Positions 55,420-64,000 of a stretch of DNA of 64,000 nucleotides are shown here, in pieces. The DNA lies in the NCBI RefSeq assembly GCF_000181795.1, contig NW_003526940.1, forward strand, positions 1,530,571-1,594,570. The letters are read 5' to 3'. Numbering within the stretch: position 1 is the stretch's first letter; each line of letters opens with the position of its first letter. Under the pieces are notes generated by a model. The model was not told where the DNA came from. It did not search any database and was given only the letters and a program-made list of their open reading frames with translations. Source of the stretch: Trichinella spiralis (taxonomy: Eukaryota). A program made the translations under genes and the position numbers.

Positions 55420-57231
55420 ATGAATACTGCCAACAACCGTATTTTTACTCTTTTCATATTTAACGGTACAATATCAACTATAGTAGTACTTATTATGTTT
55501 TGCTTTATACTGTGCAAGAAGAAGAAAGACATGCTTTCTATGTTGGTCTCTGGTAAATATATTTGTATCGGAATATAATAATGCATAATTTTTATTTCCA
55601 TAATAATTCAAAAAATCTTTTTAGCAATTACTGACTTATTTTACAATTATATGAAACTGCATATCAGATTCGTGAATTGTATTTTAGAATAAATTGTAAA
55701 TACAATTATCATGTAAAATGTGCTTAGCAGAAATTCAAATAATTTCAACAGCAATGCAACAGTAAAAATAGCATTCTTTAACATGATATGTTAATAGTAA
55801 TGTTGCTATTTGTAAAATGCTGAAAAAATGTTTTTAAATGCCCATAAATGATAAATAATAATTTGCACTTAGTTTTCATAATCAGATGTAACACCAGCTT
55901 GCATAACAGAATCATTTTCCCACTAGTTTATTAAATATAATCATTTTATTTATAAAATTCAGTTTAAAAATAAACTCATGTTGGAATACTGATGTTATAA
56001 ACTCCGAAAAATTTGTCCCCTATTTGAACACCGAATATTATTATCCATTTCGATAATTAAACCTGAACAATAATTTTGTTGCTTATACTGCTTAATATTT
56101 ATTAGTAGTCGATGACATAAGAAAGGATCATAAAAGAGTATAAAAAACGTGCATAACTTAAATTTAGGAAGATAAAGTAAAATCATTGCTAAATGCACAC
56201 AATTCAATTAGCATATTTTTGTGCATAACATTAAATGACAGTGCTCATTGCAACAATTCATCAACTAATATGGAACATTATATATTAAAATACAAAACAG
56301 TTATTTTTCATTAAATAAATTTATATTAAACGTTTTAGCTCTGTTGGCAACTAATTGTGTTACTTCAATGAGTTTTTGTTTTATTGGAGTCTTCAATGTC
56401 GTTCCATTGAATCAGTATGAGGCAAATTTCACAACACCACATTCTTGTCTATTTTTAAAACCGTATTACCTGTTGGCACTGACTTCTCTGAAACAATCAC
56501 CTATGATTTCATTTTGCATAGCAATCGTTCAGGTGCGAAATGCCTGCTCCACAAAATGCAGCACAAAAAAGCCTTTATTAAAGACTACAATTCTTCTATG
56601 TGGCATCTGTTTGTTGAACATATGCTTAACTGGAACCACTACGTATTACGGCACAGGTGGCAAAAACTGGCAAAGCAAAGTATCAGAATTTTGTTTATTC
56701 ATTGACGTGATTTCTCCTGCATTAATTTTATGTGACATTATTATTATATTACTATTTAGCACTCTATCACTGTTATTGTACATTTCAACTGTACTAATAA
56801 TTTGGAGTAGAATTTCCACCTCTCATGTCATTCACGAGATACGATTCATCAGACAAAAAGTAATTCTACAAAGATTGAAAATATTCATCATTGCTCAGCT
56901 ATTGAATTCAGGCATTTTTGCACTCTGTACATTCGTTGTGGCTCTATCATTATCTAAACCAGTGACAGTGCCATACTTTTGGTGTCTTTTACCCCCTTAC
57001 AAAGCTGGAACGTCAGTTCTTTATACAAATCAAGTAATTCCTGTCATAAAACAGTTTACAGAAATTTATCATAATTTTAAAAAATGGCTTAACAGCTTGC
57101 GCAATGCACTTTTTCATTGTTTTCATAAAACTTCTGTTGCCCCAACCTCTCCAAAGGATTTTTCTATTTTCCCCAGCAATGCTGTTGCTGTCGAAAATTT
57201 GAAAATCACTGAAACTGTTGCAAACACGTGA
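55420..57231 (+). CDS. Orphan multi-pass membrane protein (7TM-like), paralog 3; two exons
   Basis: MNTANNRIFTLFIFNGTIS..CKKKK..MLVS|ALLATNCV.., with the same intron position and motifs as the 28.7 and 32.6 kb genes. Confidence 0.75.
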
Positions 57232-57783
57232 AAAGTGTAAATAAATTTTTTAACACGTTTTAATAAATAAATTTTGAAAATTCACTTTCATTTTCTTTAA
57301 ATAAATAAATATATTCGTACATACATAGATATCTATACGCGTTTTTTGCAATGACATACATATATATACATATATGTGAAATAACTATCATTGTAATTTT
57401 AAAATAAAATGAACATTTCTCGCAAATTCTTTCCACATGATAGATATTTTATATCAATTAGTTCAGTATCATTCACTTTGAGAAACACAGTTCAAACAGA
57501 AGATATTAAAAATGATGCTAATGTTATGCAAAATGTTGCCCAGCATGAAACATATTAATTAAAATGTGTATGATTAAAAAGTAACTTAATGTTAATATTG
57601 ACATTATTAATACATAATTTCAGTTCATAAATGATGAATGCATAGTTGATTTCTTTTTTCAGCTTCAAGCAATTTTAATTACTTGAGATGAACTAACACA
57701 ATTATAAATTTATTATAGATTTCATAAGTTAAGATATTAAATTCGTTACGGTGGCATAACAAATTGCTCAAAAATGATTTCAG

Positions 57784-58437
57784 AGAAACTGCTGTCCCAT
57801 TTGAAAGTTCAGCCAATGTTCCCTCAATTGAGGAAGGTATGTAAAACAATTCTTAAATATTAATTTTATCTACTTGTTTTCAGAGAAAACAGAACAAAAG
57901 TCAGATAACATATGTAAACAAAGAGCATTGAATTTAACAGGTAAGGTATTAGATTAATTTCATCTTCTTCGTTAATCAATTTTTTGCAAGAATTATTAAA
58001 ATAATTTAAATAAAATATTCAACAGAAAATATAAATGGCAGAGTTTCGTTCAAAATTAATTACTGTACAATAAATTTAAGGAAAAACAAGTTTAGATCAA
58101 TTCAATGATGAATTGAAAAAAGTTGGTAGTCAAAGTTATGTTGATGATGCTTTTTCGCGTATAATTGGCAAACAACAGACATTTTTCATCGGATGATGTA
58201 GAAGTGCTTGCATTGCCAAAGTTAACAATGAAGAATTGAAATTGTATATGCGGTTTAGATTTGGATCAGAAAAAGGCTATTCAATCGGCTTTGCCATGTG
58301 CGTGGAACATTTTGCATTCTCTGAAAGATGACAAACAGTTTGACGATTATTTGAAAATTGCACAACTTAGCAAAAGCATTGATACTGCCTCAGTTGAAAA
58401 TTTTGTCATTGTATCTAAAAGAAAAACTAATGGATAA
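57784..58437 (+). other. Possible small multi-exon hypothetical gene or pseudogene
   Basis: Series of AG..GT-bounded purine-rich segments (about 57784-57836, 57884-57940, 58081-58220) and a final open stretch LDQKKAIQSALPCAWNILHSLKDDKQFDDYLKIAQL...NG*. No clean start or complete frame could be built. Confidence 0.35.
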
Positions 58438-58796
58438 TACGTTCATTTATATTATACTGTTTATGCTTATTCTTCTTCTTATTATTATGTAATGATGGAA
58501 TACTTATATAATAAAAATATTTGTTATCCTCTATTTTAGAAATGATAGAAAAATAACTTGACGACGACAACAACAATAATAATAATTGAAAAATATCAGA
58601 ATATATGCAAACAACTACTAATAAATAAAGCAAATCAAACCATATTTTTTGAATAAACGCTACGGATTAATTACATCACTGGTAAACCCAAATTGTGCAA
58701 TTCTTTGAAAAAATAACTACATGAATAATTAAGTGGTATTAAATTACTAATTTAAAATAAATGAGTATTTGAACGAAAACAAACTTTATAAAGAAA

Positions 58797-58799
<3 letters not shown>

Positions 58800-58838
<39 letters not shown>
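58800..58838. repeat. (TA)n microsatellite
   Basis: Directly visible. Confidence 0.95.
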
Positions 58839-58841
<3 letters not shown>

Positions 58842-59096
58842 TTTATCATCGGTATTTAGTATAATTACTATTTTATTATGGTGTGTTGATTAATGAGGAA
58901 AAAGGAAAACAAATCACGAAAATCATATTTAATGCTTAGCAATGCAACCGGGCGTCAAGGTCAACCGCACTTTAAATAATAATAATAATAATACGAGCTG
59001 ATGTAGCATGTCTTGTGTGCTTGTTCTATTTCTTCACCTACTTTTTCACATAATTCTGATAATTAATTAATTAATTAATTAATTTCTTTTTCCTTC

Positions 59097-60506
59097 TTTC
59101 CCGCGAAATGAAAAATACAAGTATTGTATATATTTTTTTGATTAAAGCGTTATTTTAAAATTGAACATTTGAAATTTTTGCACTGCTTTGAGAGACAAAC
59201 AGAAATTGACTAAAAATCCCGAGAACCAACTTTGACTACTTCGCTCAAGCGCTTTTAAACAATTTGCCTTGTTTAACAGAGGTCACGCTATCATTAGTTG
59301 ATTAAGAAAATTTGCCATTTCTATGCAACTTCTTTTATTCCTATTTTATTATTTTCATTTCTTCATATTTTTCAATTTAAATGTGAATACCATTTTATAA
59401 AACAATACAAAAATAATATTTCCGATGTATATAAATAAATAAATATTAAATATATAACTTGTTGTCAAATTTTCCTTTTTCTTTACTGATGTGATTTTAT
59501 GAAAATAATCCATTTTTCAAACAGTGAAGATATACAAAGAAAAAATATCATTTTAAATTAAACATCTCTGTTTTGTTCAAAATAATCAAAATTCTAATAA
59601 ATGAATTTTAAATAAAATGTGAAAATTTAAAGTCCCAAATTTAAAATACTATTCATTGGTGCGGGACAAGTTTTACCGCCTATTTGCATTTGCAAAAGAA
59701 TCGATTCGATTGGTCGCCTCCTTTGATTGGCTCTGAAGGTGTTCGTCTGCAGTTGGACATTTTTTGCCCACATCAACGCACTGATGACCTTTTATTTTTC
59801 AAAATTACAATTTAAAAAATTAACATTCTTTTTTTTCAATTAATCATTTCACACACTTTTTGTAATACGCAGCATTCGGCTTGAGAAGTTTTTCAACAGA
59901 AGAAACATTTTAACAAAATTTAAACAATTTTTTCACTCAATGCACTTTTAGACCCAAAATAAACAATTGACTTTACTGTTTTATTAATTAAATTCATTGT
60001 TTATTAATTTTTCTCAAAAATTGCTGTAGTTCATTTTTAAAAATATTTATTCAAAAATTTATTTCTTTAACACTGAAATGCTTTTTTCGCTTGGAGAAAA
60101 ATTATTCAAATATTTTGAATGAGATGGCGATTATAAATCAGATTTTAAATTCAAAAATGTCGCTGTTGAAAAAAGAATATATAAACAAGCATTCATAGTT
60201 TTTTGTTTCAAAAAATAATAACTTCGTTTATATTAAAAAAATTGTAGTTCAGTTTTAAGGCTAATATATAAAATCGATTAATAATTTTAAATAAAATTTA
60301 ATACTGACAAATAAAAACGTCAGGTGAGAAATTTATAGTTGTTTCTAATGGGAATAAATTCAAAATTTGAAAAAATATAGAAATTTATTACGAAATAAAA
60401 AATTGCAAAATGATCACTCATTTGATTTTTATTTCTTGCATTTTTCACATTGCTTTTCCGGTAGAGAGTTCAAATTTGAATTCACTACAGCTCACAGGCG
60501 GGAAAA
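59097..60506 (+). promoter_or_regulatory. Candidate cell-cycle promoter elements upstream of cyclin A (E2F-like, CCAAT, CHR-like)
   Basis: TTTCCCGCGAAA 59097-59108; ATTGG at 59655, 59709, 59726; TTTTACCGCC 59671-59680; TTCAAATTTGAA 60469-60480; GGCGGGAAAA 60497-60506. Confidence 0.45.
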
Positions 60507-61037
60507 GGCTGATTGATCTATATTCAAATTTATAAAATTGTATCACACTTGTAATATTTTATAAAAAATATTCAATGCAAATTTATTGCTCGAAGCATGG
60601 AAATAAGGTAAATTATATTATAAATTTTTAAAATTTTACTACGGTTTGGACATTGTTGCTTGAAATAGTAATACATAAAATTAAAACATTTTCAATTTAC
60701 ATTTATTTAAAAAAATAAAATTGAAATTCAAAAAAAAGAATTGTTTCAGTGAGTAATTTATTTTTTTGACAAAGCATGCATTATTAACTGAACATGAATT
60801 CATTTTCATTTTGAATCGTATTTTAATTAAAAAAATTGTTGTTTTATTTAAATTCTATTCTTGGAATATTCGATAAATTTTCAGATGGAACAGTTCTGCT
60901 GGTAAAGAAAAATTATATATTTACAATTCATTTTGAAATTCAAATAAAAGAATGATTTTCAGGTATAAATAGGTCATTGACAGAGCTTGCCAAACAGTTT
61001 ACTGTAATTTCGTTGTTGGCGCCGTTTTGTGTTCACA

Positions 61038-64000
61038 ATGGCTTCCCAGGCAGCGGTATCAACTACCGACCTAAACAACAAAGATGATTCTCTGGCCGAG
61101 CGCCCCAAGTTACAGGTCAGAAACACAAATGTGGCTTCGCTGAACGGTCCTTTGCGGGAAAACAAGAAACGAAAAGCGCTGCACACTATGAACGAAAACG
61201 CCATCCATCTTCAACCTCCTGACAACTGGCTGCGTTATGGATCAGACAACGCCTACGTCCTGGACACGGTAAGCATCAACATGTTGATTACTGAACATTC
61301 ATTTTTTTTAATTTACATTGAACATTTCAACACGTACATTCTCAAACGTCATTTTTGAATAATTTAGGATCATTTTTAAATTTTTGAATAATACAAAAGC
61401 AACTCCATTTTGAATAATATTAAAAATTTCCCATCTGAAATAATAATATCTGTAATATTTTTATTCCAGCTGTATCAGCAGTGTTCTAATTAAAATTTAC
61501 ATAAAAATTAAACAGACGTTTGAAAGTGTTTGTTCTGTTCTAGCCCACACCGCCGAAAGCATCCCGAAGCCAGTATGTGCAGACATTGAATAACAAAACT
61601 TCATCAGTATTCCACTGGCAAAGTGATGACACTGCATCATCGTTCTGCATTCTAGAAGCTTCATCCACCACTGTATGATCGAATGAATAATAATTTTAAA
61701 GTTTAACCCCTGTGTATGCCCTGTAGGATATTGAATCAAGCGAATCAGAAGTTGGAAAGTTACGCTACGCGAGCGAATTTTCATCCCATCTAAACGATTC
61801 CAACTCTGAATCGTTGATCAATTGTCGAGATGCACTCGGTGCATTTAATTTGGATGAATCTTCATTTGGTAAGCTGATTTGTCTGTCGTGAACTTTTTCT
61901 TTCATCAAGCGTTGTTTTCCTCATTCTGAAAATGCTTGCCCCTTGCCTCCCGCCAAATTATATGTTGACTAACCTTGACCAGCGGCCCGCAATGCGGTGT
62001 CACGTTTCTTTTTTCACTGTGTAAAAAAAAGGTGAAGCAGAAAGAGAGAGAGAGAGAGAGATAGAAACACAAGGGTGACCCAGAGTAATGAGAATCTTTG
62101 GCACTGATCCACGTAACTATAGGTCATCGTGCCAATGCTTTTAACGAACAAACACAGGCCAAGTGGTGACCGGGTGTCCAGGTCGGCTTACATGGATAAC
62201 AAAGACCAATTTGTGTAAGACTAGCGTAATTGTATAATTTGTTAGCACACCTTCTTCGATTTGTCATTCTGAATTTCCCTTTCCCATTATAAATTGGTAT
62301 TGCAATGACATGAACAAGACAAGCGAAAACTCCAAATAGAATATCCGTCTTTTAAAAATAACAATCACGCCAAGAATATTAGTTGCAGTTATCAGTAATT
62401 TGAAGACCTCATAAATTCCAGATTTACACAAATTCGAAAATTATTAAGCAAGATTAATTTCGATAAGGTCATCTGATGACTGGTCAGTCCCAATCGGGGA
62501 CCATAAACGGTCGACATATTTCAAATGACTTTTCAAAGTAACCGCCAGCTGCATTTCATTTCCCTTAAAGACATTTGATGATTATTAAATGACTCGTACT
62601 GGTGTAATAAATTCCCTCAGGCTTCACTGGTGTCAGTTAGTAAAAATCCCAAATGTCCTTTTTTTAATGAGAATCAATTTAAATGTTCACCTTGAAAAAA
62701 ATGTAAATCATCACTTCACAAATAGAGTTCTGAGGCAATAGTCAATGACATGCTTCGGGAAATTTAGCCGATTTGAGATGATAAATACGAAGAAAAGCTG
62801 CTTGCGTGACCTTTACGCTTCAAGGAAATGTCATTTAAACCACTTGAGTACACGGAAATGCTTGTTCAACTGTGACCACTTAAATTCTTCAAAATGTACA
62901 ATTCGTCTCACTTTTCAAAAACAAAAAACTACCTTCTCCCGTGTTGTTTTTTTTTATAAATAATTTTTTTTATTCTACATTAAGCTGAATCCGATACGCA
63001 AAAATGGAGTTCGGGCAGTTCGACAGAGGCAAACAATTCCAACGCATTTTCGATGACCACAGTGGACTCTTGCGCCGCCGAGAAGCCCAACGACGAGAAC
63101 AGAACACCACCACCACCACCACCACCACCATCAAAACCTGCGCATTTCTATTCACACTCCGATCACGGATGTTATTCTGCCTGTGCGGTCTGTTCAAATA
63201 CATATGACGATTTCACTCACAATTATTATAAAAAAATAGAGGTAAACAAATAAATAATACAAGCTAGATAACAGTTATTAAAATGTTTTATTTTTTTTTC
63301 AGATGAAATATCACCCTGATGATTATATGAAAAAGCAGGCTTCAATACAGCCGGGCATGCGTTCAATTCTCGTAGACTGGCTAATTGATGTTTCAAGTGA
63401 ATTTAATTTGGATGAGCAGACGTTGCAGTTGGGCATATCCTTGACGGATCGTTTTCTATCCAAAATGGGATGCAACAAGAGCAAATTGCAATTAGTAGGC
63501 ACGACCGCCCTGATGATCGCTTCGTATGGCCAATTGAATTTGAAAAAGTTATACCAAATTATGTTTTAAAATATATGTTTTTTTCCATTTTCCAGAAAAT
63601 ATGAGGAAATTTTCCCACCAAAACCGGTTGAATTCATTCAAATGACTGATGACAGTTACACGTTACAGCAAGCAATTCGACTGGAAAGAATTATGCTCAA
63701 AACTTGTGACTTTATGGTGAACGTACCGACGATACACACATTCCTTTCGCAGTACTTGTGCAAATTGGAGGCAAACACATCAACGCGGTGTTTAGCTTTG
63801 GTAAATGATTATTCAAAAAGAAAAAAAAATAATGTTTTTTACCGTCTTTCGATTGTATGCTTCTTTCTTTTCAGTACCTCAGTAATTTGGCTTTGATGGA
63901 ATACAAATGTGTTCAGTATATGCCTAGTGAATTGGCTGCTGCATCTGCTGCACTTTCTTTCAAAATGTCCGGCGACAGCAGTATCGTAAGAAACACGATT
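61038..64000 (+). CDS. cya-1: Cyclin A, 3'-partial, multi-exon
   Basis: D-box-like RKALHTMNEN in the N-terminus; cyclin box YMKKQASIQPGMRSILVDWLIDV...DRFLS...KLQLVGTTALMIAS|KYEEIFPP..F..MTDDSYT..Q..RLE. Confidence 0.9.

Overview
AT-rich, intron-containing eukaryotic DNA, most likely from a Trichinella nematode. This is inferred from a recognisable multi-cystatin-like (MCD-1-type) secreted protein and from short GT-AG introns with T-rich acceptors. Gene order: 3' part of a HIPK kinase (+); astacin-ShK protease (+); one multi-exon gene joining Reeler, 4xEGF, ShK and a nitrobindin/THAP4-like barrel (MAB-7-like, -); GOSR1 (+); SRD5A3/polyprenol reductase (-) with an internally deleted BEL/Pao LTR element in its first intron; TM2D2 (+); 5' part of TRAP1, cut by a 10-N gap; a Gly-rich exon of an unknown minus-strand gene; two tandem orphan multi-TM genes, with a third paralog at 55-57 kb; a divergent zinc-finger/DZF (ZFR-like) gene (-); a three-level nested MULE/hAT transposon relic; CapZ-beta with an uninterrupted CDS (+); fizzy-related/Cdh1 (+); the multi-cystatin-like gene (-); and cyclin A (+), which runs off the window end. 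No rRNA, tRNA or CRISPR was seen. Gene models were spliced by eye and family calls come from remembered motifs, not database searches. The best leads are the Reeler-EGF-ShK-nitrobindin fusion, the nested MULE insertion with an exact 9-bp target-site duplication (TSD), the linker exons of the cystatin-like gene made by intronisation of coding sequence, and the orphan 7TM-like family.
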